Shown here: one piece after another, positions 29,116 to 38,736 of the stretch | Layout of the letters: each line of letters opens with the position of its first letter | Position numbering within the stretch: the first letter of the stretch is position 1 | Virus record (IMG/VR): IMGVR_UViG_3300025138_000014 | Span: 1 to 64,000 of that record | Direction: 5' to 3' (one strand) | Length of the DNA: 64,000 nt | From: a virus | Made by a program: the position numbers and the translations under genes | The notes under the pieces: generated by a model | Databases searched by the model: none | What the model saw: only the letters and a program-made list of their open reading frames with translations | What the model was told of the DNA's origin: nothing

Positions 29116-30135
29116 ATGAATTGGTTGATGTACTTAAAGACGACAGAAACCTGCCAACTAAATTGTAGCCATTGTTTCACGAGTGGTCGTAATGGGCAGA
29201 AAATATATTGGAACACTACTAAAATTGTAGATTGGCTTCAAAGGTTTCGTGAAGAAAAACCCTCAAAAAATGATACAGCTCATATGGAGTTTCATGGCGG
29301 CGAACCATTCTTGGTTCCTGTTGGCCAAATGAGAAAAGTTTATGATGCTTGTGATGGTTTATGGGATCACATGACTTGGGGAGCAACTACAAATCTTGTT
29401 TTTAAATTAAAAGACGAACATAAAGAATTTATTAAAGGTCCTCTTGGTAATAGACTAGGTACATCTTGGGATCGTAAAATAAGATTTGAAAATAAAGCGC
29501 AATACAATCTTTGGCATAAAAATATTAAAACACTTCTATCTGAAGGCGTGACAATACGTCTTTTTATTAGTCTAACAAAGGATACCATTAAAAAAGATCC
29601 AATCGTACTATTAAGATGGATAAAAAGACTTGGAGTGCAAGAGGTTTCACTAGAAAGACTAACAAATAACGGTTCTGCTCGGAAACAAAGCTCAATTTTT
29701 CCATCAAATAAAGAATTAGACGAATATTTCCTTAAAATGCACATGCAAAGTGAGAAATATGGGGCACGAGAATGGTTTGATAATGATTTTTTAGAGAATA
29801 TATACGCTAAATTTGAGAAAACTCAGACAAATTGCGGTACTTTTTGTAGAGATTGTGAAGAAAAACTATTTACAATCAATGGGAATGGTACTATAGCAGG
29901 TTGTCCGAATTCTGCTCCAGAACAAGCATTTGGACACTTAGACGAACCAATAGATGTTATGTTAAAAAGTCCTAAAAGGATTAGAGGTATTCTTGAAGAA
30001 AGAATCCGAAATCCTATTTGTTATACGTGTCCTGTTACAAAATGGTGTGGTGGTGATTGCCATCAATTGGGATGGGATGGAGATACCTGTGGCGCACCAA
30101 AAAGTCTGATGAAAGAACTCGCTGGATTTGTATAA
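29116..30135 (+). CDS. radical SAM/SPASM-domain enzyme
   Basis: CxxxCxxC 'CQLNCSHC', 'FHGGEP', C-terminal 'CRDC..GCP..CYTCPVTKWCGGDC..C'. Confidence 0.92.
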   Translation: MNWLMYLKTTETCQLNCSHCFTSGRNGQKIYWNTTKIVDWLQRFREEKPSKNDTAHMEFHGGEPFLVPVGQMRKVYDACDGLWDHMTWGATTNLVFKLKDEHKEFIKGPLGNRLGTSWDRKIRFENKAQYNLWHKNIKTLLSEGVTIRLFISLTKDTIKKDPIVLLRWIKRLGVQEVSLERLTNNGSARKQSSIFPSNKELDEYFLKMHMQSEKYGAREWFDNDFLENIYAKFEKTQTNCGTFCRDCEEKLFTINGNGTIAGCPNSAPEQAFGHLDEPIDVMLKSPKRIRGILEERIRNPICYTCPVTKWCGGDCHQLGWDGDTCGAPKSLMKELAGFV

Positions 30136-30138
30136 ATA
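30131..30138 (+). promoter_or_regulatory. T4 late promoter TATAAATA
   Basis: Exact consensus 34 bp upstream of the CHxS-tail gene at 30172. Confidence 0.7.
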
Positions 30139-30171
30139 GAGTAAAAGAACAAGGTATTTACGGAGAACAAC

Positions 30172-30759
30172 ATGGTATCACTAACCAATCCAATAACTGC
30201 TCAAAATATAGTAAATAGATATGCTGATTATGTAGTTGCAACTTCAAACTCAGGCATTGTTTGGGGTACTAATTCAGTTCCGTTTAGTGATTTTTCTACA
30301 TCATATTTTGGTGGAACGACTGCTGGTCGGAGCATTGGAATTACTGGAGCCGATATAGACAACAATGTTAATAAAATTGATGCTTCCGAAATTAATGATG
30401 CTTTGGCAACAGAGACGGCAGCTTATAGTAACATACGTAAACTTAGGGCAATATTAAATTATACCGGTGTTGGTGACGGAGCAGGTGGCGCAGGTAACAC
30501 TGGAACTTGGCTCGGGACTCCAGGTGTTAACTTTGATCAGACTCAAGTTGCTTATCTGAATAACCAATATTTACAAACAATAAGTGCAACCACCAATTTA
30601 GGTGCAGGAGATATAATTGATGATTCTGTATTAGAAACTAAATTTGGCGCATTATCAACAGTCTATACAGCTGCTAGAAATAATACTCAGACAATTCAAA
30701 TTGATGTTTGTCACTCATCTTGTCACAGTAGTTGCCACGGATCAAGAGGACGCAGATAA
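30172..30759 (+). CDS. CHxS-repeat-tailed protein A (195 aa), putative radical SAM substrate/precursor
   Basis: Ends CHSSCHSSCHGSRGRR*; RBS GGAG; body is G/T/S/N-rich like a virion protein. Confidence 0.8.
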   Translation: MVSLTNPITAQNIVNRYADYVVATSNSGIVWGTNSVPFSDFSTSYFGGTTAGRSIGITGADIDNNVNKIDASEINDALATETAAYSNIRKLRAILNYTGVGDGAGGAGNTGTWLGTPGVNFDQTQVAYLNNQYLQTISATTNLGAGDIIDDSVLETKFGALSTVYTAARNNTQTIQIDVCHSSCHSSCHGSRGRR

Positions 30760-30762
30760 ATT

Positions 30763-31437
30763 ATGAACAATGTTGTTGAGACTACAGCACCAATTGATAT
30801 TAATGAATTAAAAAAGTTTTTTGAAAACAAAGACACATTTTATTTGATCAATTATGAGGAATCAGGACTCCAAGGCGTGAATCTATTAACGTATATGAGT
30901 AATCTTGATCTACCAGCTGATGTAGGATTTCAAACTCAAAAGGGTTTTGATGATCTTACTACAGCTTACTTACATGAGGAAGTAATATTAACTGTTCCTA
31001 TTTTGGAAATGAGAGTTATCGAACTTTTACTCCAAATGAAAGGTATGGTAGAGCCGAGAGAAAAAGATTTTATTGATGCGAATGTGGATATTCTAAAACT
31101 TTGGGCTAAAAAGTTGGATTCTCTTACACTCTTTAATATGTATTCTATTGGTCAAGAATCCTTTCACGATTATGTTAAATCTTATCCAATTGATAAAACT
31201 ATTTCAAATAAAGGTATAAATTTTGTATCTTTATTGAAGCATGAAAGATTTTTTATGTTTTATGGTAATATATATGAAGAACATAAAATATACTATGAAT
31301 CATACTTTAACGATTATATGTTCAAAGGTAACAATCTATTTCACTATTGGGCAAACGAAAATAATCCAATGTTTCTGTTAACGCAAGGGATTGCTTCAGG
31401 ATCACTACAGGAGAATCCAAATGTTCCATCTATTTAA
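30763..31437 (+). CDS. hypothetical protein (224 aa), paralog of 51198..51962
   Basis: Shared 'Y(M/L)(S/A)N', 'G.N...LL', 'F.G.(N/D)L(F/Y)' patterns. Confidence 0.75.
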   Translation: MNNVVETTAPIDINELKKFFENKDTFYLINYEESGLQGVNLLTYMSNLDLPADVGFQTQKGFDDLTTAYLHEEVILTVPILEMRVIELLLQMKGMVEPREKDFIDANVDILKLWAKKLDSLTLFNMYSIGQESFHDYVKSYPIDKTISNKGINFVSLLKHERFFMFYGNIYEEHKIYYESYFNDYMFKGNNLFHYWANENNPMFLLTQGIASGSLQENPNVPSI

Positions 31438-32569
31438 AAGAGTATATGTTGCTAGTGATGATATAATTGACTTTTCTATTAATAGAGTTGTTATATCTGA
31501 TATAAACGGTTTTCATGATGCAGGTTCTTCCGTTAATCAAATAGCATTTGCAAAAGACTGTTCAGATTTAATAGGTAGTGGTAAAGATAAACAGTTTAAA
31601 AGTTGGATTGATTTTTTTAGAACTATGTCTGATTTTACAGATACATTTAATAACGATAAAAAAGTGGTTATTTACTGTGATGATGATAATTTTATTAAAG
31701 TCATGTGTGCTTGGTATAAAATTATTTTTAAAGATCCTAGTGAAAAAACTTGTTTAAATTTATTAGAATCCAATGTGTTTAGATATAGAGTATTTGGTCA
31801 AGGCAGATGGGCTAAATCTTTTGCGGGAGATGCTAATAAATCATTCGACTTAAAGAACTTTAAAACTCATTGGGCAGCTAATAAAAAGCCGACCATTGCA
31901 TTGAGAAATAAATTTATTGAAGACTTCAAAGGCAGTCTTAATGTAGAACTATTGCTAGCAACATATCTTGCCAATGGAGAGATGAAAGTTGAACTGAAAA
32001 AAGCAGTAAAAACTATGCTATCTCTTGATTTGGAAAAATACCTATATGAACTAAAAGAATTATTCTTTACGCATATTATGACCAAAAAATATCACGCACG
32101 TTTACCAAAACCACTCAAAATGCAATTTGTATATCATTTCGGTAACTATGATACATCGCTTAATGATGACTCACCTATTGCAGAACTATTCTTATCTGAA
32201 CGTATATGGAACTCCAAGACCATGCGCAAACCCACTGCTGGTAAGAATATAAAATTCAATAATATCACTAGTGCTGATATCAAATTATTTAAACACTTTG
32301 ATAGTACATTCTTTAATACAGATACAGATAATCCAAAAATGATGAAGTCGGAATCATATAAACTAAACTGGATAGATGCTGTTAATGAAAATGAATTTTC
32401 AGACAAGCTGTTAAATAAGATTATTGAAAACGAATCATCATTTAATAATCTTCTAACCCCTGTGTTTTCCATGGAACAATCTACAGTAAATAATTATTTG
32501 GTAACAGCTTTATTTGAAGCACGAAATGATAATGATAAAGGTTTCTTAAAGAATTTTGCGATCATGTAA
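31421..32569 (+). CDS. hypothetical protein (about 382 aa)
   Basis: Likely start ATG 31421 (MFHLFKRVYV) after AGGAG RBS. Confidence 0.75.
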   Translation: MFHLFKRVYVASDDIIDFSINRVVISDINGFHDAGSSVNQIAFAKDCSDLIGSGKDKQFKSWIDFFRTMSDFTDTFNNDKKVVIYCDDDNFIKVMCAWYKIIFKDPSEKTCLNLLESNVFRYRVFGQGRWAKSFAGDANKSFDLKNFKTHWAANKKPTIALRNKFIEDFKGSLNVELLLATYLANGEMKVELKKAVKTMLSLDLEKYLYELKELFFTHIMTKKYHARLPKPLKMQFVYHFGNYDTSLNDDSPIAELFLSERIWNSKTMRKPTAGKNIKFNNITSADIKLFKHFDSTFFNTDTDNPKMMKSESYKLNWIDAVNENEFSDKLLNKIIENESSFNNLLTPVFSMEQSTVNNYLVTALFEARNDNDKGFLKNFAIM

Positions 32570-33589
32570 ATGTCTATATATGATCTATTAGAAAACAAAA
32601 TAACAACTTATGGTGAGATTGTTTGCTGCTTATTTGAGCACTGCAATCTAAAATGTGTTTTCTGCCCTCAAGATCATAATGATATACAAGGTGCTGACCG
32701 TGATGCTATTATGGCTAAAGTGCCACAGATTGTAGATTGGATTAATAATAATAGAAGAACTCAGGCTTATAAATTACATTTAATGGGCGGAGAACTCTTT
32801 CAAGATGAATGGATAGATAAAGGTTTCCTAGAAATATATCAGGACTTTATTGATTCTATTATAGCACAAACGGAAGCTGATGTCTACATAAATTTTATAA
32901 CTAATTTATGTTTTACTAAGTCAGATGTTGTAATGGAATTTTTAGAAGCAAATGATTTAACTATCTCTGTAAGTTATGATCCAGCTGGTAGATTTACTCC
33001 TAAAGCACATGAGATTTTTGTTTCTAATATTGAAACATATAAAGATAAGATTGAAATGATCTCGCTAGTTGCCACAAAACAGAATATAGCAAAAATTCAA
33101 CGTGGTGATAATTTATTTACATATCTTTACAATACATATCCTTGTGACTTTGACTCATTCTTACCTTCTGTAGATAACTCAAGAAAACTAATGCCTAGTG
33201 AAAGAACTCTTTTTGAGTTTAACAAATTGCTTGTATCTAAATATCCGAAATGTTTAAATGTTGATCATTTCGTTAATCAAAAAACACAGAATAAAATGAT
33301 TTGTACAAGAGGCAATTCTCTTACTGTAATGCCAGACGGATCTATTCCAACTGGTTGTTCTGGAGCAGTATTCTTAAAAGAAGCATCAACACCTGACCTG
33401 GCTGGTCCGGTGATCGTTGAAAAGTTTATGGCTAAATATAATTGCTTCGAGTGTAAATACTTTGCCCGATGCCCATTTAGCTGTTTCATTAAACAAGATT
33501 ATAAACACATTGAGCAAGATATGGACGAATGTGTATTTAAGGCGACATTCAAATATGCAGATAGCATTCATCAACCCACCGCATGCTGA
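32570..33589 (+). CDS. radical SAM/SPASM-like enzyme
   Basis: 'FEHCNLKCVFC', 'LMGGELFQD', C-terminal 'C..GC..CFECKYFARCPFSC..C'. Confidence 0.9.
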   Translation: MSIYDLLENKITTYGEIVCCLFEHCNLKCVFCPQDHNDIQGADRDAIMAKVPQIVDWINNNRRTQAYKLHLMGGELFQDEWIDKGFLEIYQDFIDSIIAQTEADVYINFITNLCFTKSDVVMEFLEANDLTISVSYDPAGRFTPKAHEIFVSNIETYKDKIEMISLVATKQNIAKIQRGDNLFTYLYNTYPCDFDSFLPSVDNSRKLMPSERTLFEFNKLLVSKYPKCLNVDHFVNQKTQNKMICTRGNSLTVMPDGSIPTGCSGAVFLKEASTPDLAGPVIVEKFMAKYNCFECKYFARCPFSCFIKQDYKHIEQDMDECVFKATFKYADSIHQPTAC

Positions 33590-35252
33590 TTGGTCATTAG
33601 CTAATAACTTCACATTTCTACTCATGCAAAGTTATTATAATCGCTTTGGTAAATATGCTGGGCAGATAGAATGGCTTGAATCTCCATATAAATGGAATAC
33701 CTATGAATCCTATGACGAAGTAACATCAGAGGTTATTAGTGCTGATGTAATTATGTTTTCATCTTATACATGGAACTATGTTATCTGTGATGAAATTTCG
33801 GCTAAAATTAAAAAAGAATATCCAAACAAAATATTAGTTTTAGGCGGTCCTCATATAGGTACAAATGAACCAGAACTATTAGCATCACGTCCGCAGTATG
33901 ATTTAATTTGTAGACCTACCAAACCAGGTGAGCCTTTTATGGCCGAGTTGATTGACCAGTTTATTGAAAAGAGAATTGATCCAACATATATCCCATGGGA
34001 GTTAAGGTCTGATATAGAAGTCATACACGATATAAGCAAAGAGGATTATTCAGTTTATGAAGATCACTTAGAATATATTACAAAGCTATTAGATTATTCA
34101 AGAGAACATAAGATGGAGCCTTTCATTGTTTTAGAGACAACAAGAGGTTGTCCTTACAAGTGTGTATTCTGTGAATGGGGTGGCGGTATCAATACAAAGA
34201 TTTATAAAAAGTCTGTAGATATTGTAAAGCGTGATATTAATGCTATGATAAAAGCTGGATATAGAGATGCTTATTTAACTGATGCAAATTTCGGAGCATT
34301 TCTAAAACGTGACTTTGAAATATTTGAATATGCTTGGGATAACAGTTTTAATTTAACAGATATATCCACTATGAAGTCAAAAGATTTACCAAGAAGAAAA
34401 GAGCTGATTGATAAGTGGTTTGAAATAGTAGATAAGCACGTTAAGGCGCCAGGTTCTACCGATGGTGAGGATATGTGGACTGAAACAGCTTTTGTTTCAT
34501 TAGTCCCAACTGTATCCATTCAAAGCAGTTCTGATACAGCCATGAAGTTAGCCGATCGTGTTGATTTAAATACTTATGATAAATTAAAATTAAGTGAATA
34601 TATTAATGAAAGATGTACTGAACACGGATATCCAATTCCAGCATTAGAGTTAATTCTTGCTATGCCCGGTTCTACAATAGATGACTTTTATTTTGAAATG
34701 GAATATATTTGGAACTTTAAAGCATTCGGTTCTTATCGGCACGACTATATGTTTTTGCCTGACTCAAGACTGAACTCTCCAGAATATAAGAAAAAACATA
34801 ATATTGAAACAGTAGAAGTATATTCAGATATTGTAGATGAACACGGCTCTGATAATTGGAACAGTTTATATAAAGACAAGAAATCATATTTTAGAACTAT
34901 CCTATCTTGTTTCTCTTTTACAAAAGAGGAGATGTATGAGATGTGGTTTATGAATAATGCGTGCAACTATATTCTACAGAAATTTTATCCACCTTTTGAG
35001 AAAAAAATGTCACCATCGGTATTTACAAAAGCAGTATATAATATTATAATAGAGTTAGACGAATGGATAGATATATATAATGAGATTAAAGATATTTACG
35101 ACCCAAATACTGCGCCTAAAAGTATTAGACAATTAGGTGGAAAATTTAGAACAGATTTTATAAATGATGTTCTGGAAAAAAATAGAATTATTATTATGTC
35201 GGAGGTTCATGGGGCATGTCAGGGAAGCAACTCACATTACAACTCACATTAA
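33555..35252 (+). CDS. cobalamin(B12)-binding radical SAM enzyme
   Basis: Likely start ATG 33555 (MQIAFINPP); B12-binding-like 'FSSYTWN...KIKKEYP...VLGGPH'; 'ETTRGCPYKCVFCEWG', 'DANFG', 'ELILAMPG'. Confidence 0.88.
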   Translation: MQIAFINPPHADWSLANNFTFLLMQSYYNRFGKYAGQIEWLESPYKWNTYESYDEVTSEVISADVIMFSSYTWNYVICDEISAKIKKEYPNKILVLGGPHIGTNEPELLASRPQYDLICRPTKPGEPFMAELIDQFIEKRIDPTYIPWELRSDIEVIHDISKEDYSVYEDHLEYITKLLDYSREHKMEPFIVLETTRGCPYKCVFCEWGGGINTKIYKKSVDIVKRDINAMIKAGYRDAYLTDANFGAFLKRDFEIFEYAWDNSFNLTDISTMKSKDLPRRKELIDKWFEIVDKHVKAPGSTDGEDMWTETAFVSLVPTVSIQSSSDTAMKLADRVDLNTYDKLKLSEYINERCTEHGYPIPALELILAMPGSTIDDFYFEMEYIWNFKAFGSYRHDYMFLPDSRLNSPEYKKKHNIETVEVYSDIVDEHGSDNWNSLYKDKKSYFRTILSCFSFTKEEMYEMWFMNNACNYILQKFYPPFEKKMSPSVFTKAVYNIIIELDEWIDIYNEIKDIYDPNTAPKSIRQLGGKFRTDFINDVLEKNRIIIMSEVHGACQGSNSHYNSH

Positions 35253-35764
35253 AAAAATGTTTAGATCAATTCGGATTTGCACAGCTATCTGAACCTGAAG
35301 GTCTTGGCGTGATAGATATTGATCAGTTTCAGTTAAGAAATACTGAAGAGCGAGCAAGAGATAATGGAGTTAATGATATACCACCATTTTTACAACTTCG
35401 CTTACACACATTCGGACACTTTTTATATGAAAAATATATTTTAAAAGATTGGCCGGATGCAGTTTTTAATAAGTATCTAATTTGGGACGGAGTGGATAAA
35501 GATAATCAAGGATGGCACACTGATATGTTTGAATCATATGACGTGTTTCTTTTATATTACTTAGATGACACATTTCCAGAAACTGGAGGCAGTATAAACT
35601 TTAAATGGAAAAATGAAGAAGGTATATCTGAAGAATTGTCTTTTCAACCAACAGCTGGAGACTTGTTTATGATTTCTAATAAAAGAGGTTTCTGGCACAA
35701 AGCTGGTCAGTCATCAATACAACGGAGGGTTTGTTCTTTTGACTTTAATACAAACGATAGTTGA
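35216..35764 (+). CDS. 2OG-Fe(II) oxygenase
   Basis: HxD 'WHTD', 'YYL.D....GG', distal 'WHKA', 'RRVCSF'. Confidence 0.78.
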   Translation: MSGKQLTLQLTLKKCLDQFGFAQLSEPEGLGVIDIDQFQLRNTEERARDNGVNDIPPFLQLRLHTFGHFLYEKYILKDWPDAVFNKYLIWDGVDKDNQGWHTDMFESYDVFLLYYLDDTFPETGGSINFKWKNEEGISEELSFQPTAGDLFMISNKRGFWHKAGQSSIQRRVCSFDFNTNDS

Positions 35765-36056
35765 CGAAAAAAATATTCTTTGTAAGGAAAGAGACTTGAC
35801 TGCAGAATTATATAATCTTTGGATTACTAAACTGCATGACTTTGAAGATATTCCAGAAAAATACGAACAGTATATGAAAATGATTGATAATCTTGAACCT
35901 TATGCAAATATGCTTAAAGAAGCCATAAGAGAAAAGAATAGTGAAATATGTAAACACTATGGAGTTAATTCTATTTCAGATACACCTCATTCAGTAGAAT
36001 GTATAAACAAATATGGTTATGATAGACCTAATGGAGCCGTACTGGAAAGAGGATGA
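35739..36056 (+). CDS. hypothetical protein (105 aa)
   Basis: Fills gap in tightly overlapping operon. Confidence 0.6.
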   Translation: MTLIQTIVDEKNILCKERDLTAELYNLWITKLHDFEDIPEKYEQYMKMIDNLEPYANMLKEAIREKNSEICKHYGVNSISDTPHSVECINKYGYDRPNGAVLERG

Positions 36057-36526
36057 TTGCTTTTGACACAGATCTGCTTGTAAATGGATATAAAGTTTTT
36101 GAGGATAAAAAAATACTCTTTACTTTAGGTAAAATACCTGATATAAAAGAATGGGAAGGAGATCAAGTAAAGTCTCCAAAAGGCTTTGATCTCCGACTAG
36201 CTCAAAATTATATTAACAATAAGTATGTTGCGCCAGTATTTGGTGGAGCAGTATTTGGTTATAGTAATATATGGAGTGGAACAGATAGCAATAGTAAAGA
36301 ATGGCACAATGATTTAATTGAAGGTTTTAATCTATTTTTTATGTATTACCTAAGTGATATAACAGAAGGCGGAGAGTTATGTTTCAGAGTTAATGGTAAA
36401 GAAACTGGTTCAATTCAGCCTAAGAAAGATATGCTGGTAATGGGATCTCAAGAAAGATACGTTGAGCATAAAGTGAACGACTGCAATCAGGAAAGAATAG
36501 TGTGTAACTTTGGATACAATATATAA
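36053..36526 (+). CDS. 2OG-Fe(II) oxygenase
   Basis: 'WHND', 'YYLSD..EGGEL', 'EHKV', 'RIVCNF'; paralogous to 35216. Confidence 0.78.
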   Translation: MIAFDTDLLVNGYKVFEDKKILFTLGKIPDIKEWEGDQVKSPKGFDLRLAQNYINNKYVAPVFGGAVFGYSNIWSGTDSNSKEWHNDLIEGFNLFFMYYLSDITEGGELCFRVNGKETGSIQPKKDMLVMGSQERYVEHKVNDCNQERIVCNFGYNI

Positions 36527-37190
36527 AATAGAAGAATATCTGCCTAAAATAGGTCCCTTTAGCATATACGCTCTATCTCATTTAATAACTCAAAGTGAAA
36601 AGTTTAATAATCACTTAGCTATGACTCAGCCAGATAATAAGTTTGAGTTAATGTATGCCAACTGGATAGCCACTGGTAATGAAAGTTTCATAGATTATTA
36701 TAAAGATATAGTTGCTCAAGCGTGCTTTGCTGAATTTCTTGAATGGTATGAGTACATAGCAAAGAACATACTACGAGATGATGTTCAAAGTGAACTTGGT
36801 ATTAAGTTTGACTATGATGCAATTAATTGGGAAAATGAAGTAAAAAAGTCCGAACTATTTGGATGGGCTTGGAGAACAACAGACTACAAACACTTTATGA
36901 ATAATTTGGATAAAGTCAGCAAAATCGGTGCTATGATGAACAACTTTTTTAATGATAGAAAACCGTTAAGCACTTTAGATGCAGATTACTTTGAATCAGA
37001 TCATGCTCAACTTGTACTCGACTCAATAGATAAAATTTTAATAAATAATGATAGACAAGAAATAATAGATCATTTAAATACAGAGAAAATTCTGTGTATG
37101 ATAGAAGTGTACGGTTGGGACAATCGGTTTAATAATATTCTATTGAAATGGATTTCAGACAATAGGAATAAAGTAAAACACTGGGCATGA
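36510..37190 (+). CDS. hypothetical protein (226 aa)
   Basis: ORF in operon; ATGA coupling with next gene. Confidence 0.7.
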   Translation: MDTIYKIEEYLPKIGPFSIYALSHLITQSEKFNNHLAMTQPDNKFELMYANWIATGNESFIDYYKDIVAQACFAEFLEWYEYIAKNILRDDVQSELGIKFDYDAINWENEVKKSELFGWAWRTTDYKHFMNNLDKVSKIGAMMNNFFNDRKPLSTLDADYFESDHAQLVLDSIDKILINNDRQEIIDHLNTEKILCMIEVYGWDNRFNNILLKWISDNRNKVKHWA

Positions 37191-38089
37191 TAATATCAAT
37201 AAACCCAACCTACTTTTGTAACTTTAGATGTGATTTCTGCTATCTATCTCCTAAACAATTGGGTGACCAGAAACAGATTTACCTTGAAAAACTAGATGAA
37301 TTATTAGCCCAAGTCCCAGATATAGAACACATTGACTTGTACGGCGGCGAAGTCGGCGCAATGAAAAAGTCCTATTTTTATGGCCTTAAAGAAGTCATTA
37401 GAAAATATTACTCTGGTACAATTAATATAAACACAAATTATTCTATGATGCATCCAGGCTTCTTTGACCCAGATGTTTATCTTTCTGTATCGTATGATTT
37501 TGAAGCAAGAGAAAAGTCTGAACTTGTCTTTAATAATATGATGATGGCTACAGCTCCAATGGCTGTTCTAGTCTTGGCTTCACCAACAGTATTAAAAAAA
37601 GATGTACTGGAGATGATAAGTTTACTAAATATGTGTAGTTCAGTCAGGTCTGTTGAAATTAAACCATATTCTACCAATCAAGCAAATGCTCATCCAGTAA
37701 CACATAAAGATTTTGAAGATCACGTTATTAAGTGGTTAGAGTATGAAGATGAAATGAAGTTCCAGTTTGTAAATGCAGATAGAATCATAGACTCATTGGA
37801 AGGCAACTATAATGCATTCTCTGACGATCATATTTATATTACACCAAATGGAAAATTCGGAGTATTAGAATTTGACAAAGAGGATAAAGAATACTTCCTA
37901 GAACTGGACAGTTGGGACGACTATATACTATGGACTCAAAAAGAAAAAACTGAAATGTCTCCTATCTGTACTTCTTGTAAGTATTTTGGTAAGTGCTTAA
38001 CAGAACATTATAGATATGTGAAAGACCTTACAAATAGTTGTAATGGATATAAAGGATTACTAGATTGGGCTGATTTAAATCTAAATTAG
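37187..38089 (+). CDS. radical SAM enzyme with reduced SPASM-like tail
   Basis: 'PTYFCNFRCDFCY', 'LYGGE', C-terminal 'CTSCKYFGKC...C'. Confidence 0.9.
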   Translation: MIISINPTYFCNFRCDFCYLSPKQLGDQKQIYLEKLDELLAQVPDIEHIDLYGGEVGAMKKSYFYGLKEVIRKYYSGTININTNYSMMHPGFFDPDVYLSVSYDFEAREKSELVFNNMMMATAPMAVLVLASPTVLKKDVLEMISLLNMCSSVRSVEIKPYSTNQANAHPVTHKDFEDHVIKWLEYEDEMKFQFVNADRIIDSLEGNYNAFSDDHIYITPNGKFGVLEFDKEDKEYFLELDSWDDYILWTQKEKTEMSPICTSCKYFGKCLTEHYRYVKDLTNSCNGYKGLLDWADLNLN

Positions 38090-38112
38090 TGTTATCTGAA
38101 GATTAGAACCAT

Positions 38113-38120
38113 TATAAATA
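38113..38120 (+). promoter_or_regulatory. T4 late promoter TATAAATA
   Basis: Exact consensus upstream of 38153 fibre operon. Confidence 0.75.
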
Positions 38121-38152
38121 AACTAAACCACTATAACATTGGATTTAGTTGA

Positions 38153-38506
38153 ATGGCACAATTCGAGCAATTAGAAATTGATCAGGGCACAGATGTCGCT
38201 GTTGAAATGCACCTGACAGATAAGGACGGTTCGGCAAAGAACCTTACTAATCATACAATAACAGCTAAACTTAAAAAGAATTACAGTTCTGATAGCGCAG
38301 ATACGACAAACTTTAATTGTATTGTTGTTTCTCCTGCTACATCAGGTATTGCTACAATCTCTTTAACAAACTCACAAACAAGTGCGCTTAGATCAGGCAA
38401 ATACGTGTATGACGTAGAAATGGCCTTTGTAGATAGCGACTCTAATACAATTATTGAAAGAGTGTTAGAAGGTCAAGCTATTGTAACACCGAGTGTGACA
38501 AGATGA
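38153..38506 (+). CDS. small Ig-like virion/fibre adaptor protein
   Basis: 'IDQG.D', 'NLT..T..AK.KK.Y', 'ISLT..QT..L..GKYVYDVE', 'RVLEG...VTP.VT'. Confidence 0.65.
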   Translation: MAQFEQLEIDQGTDVAVEMHLTDKDGSAKNLTNHTITAKLKKNYSSDSADTTNFNCIVVSPATSGIATISLTNSQTSALRSGKYVYDVEMAFVDSDSNTIIERVLEGQAIVTPSVTR

Positions 38507-38736
38507 GTTTTTCAATAAAACTTAGTGGCGGAACAACGCAAGTAAAAAAAGTTGTTGTCGGAACTCCAGTCAGAAAAGTAACATCAGGTTCTTTTTCTGT
38601 TAACAATATTGCTGGGATTAATCTCTCAGTAGGAGAGAAAATTGAAGGTTCTCTATTAGTATTTGATTCAGCGAGTGGGAATTTTATTCCTGCACAGACC
38701 CTCACAAACACTAATATAACAGGAGAGTCCTACTAA
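38503..38736 (+). CDS. small structural hypothetical protein (77 aa)
   Basis: Coupled ORF; 'GSLLVFD...G.F' fibre-like motif. Confidence 0.65.
   Translation: MSFSIKLSGGTTQVKKVVVGTPVRKVTSGSFSVNNIAGINLSVGEKIEGSLLVFDSASGNFIPAQTLTNTNITGESY

Noticed and set aside
30709-30759. CHxS tails as c-type heme-binding (CxxCH) motifs
   Set aside because: Spacing is CxxxCH, not CxxCH; there are no signal peptides or cytochrome c maturation genes.
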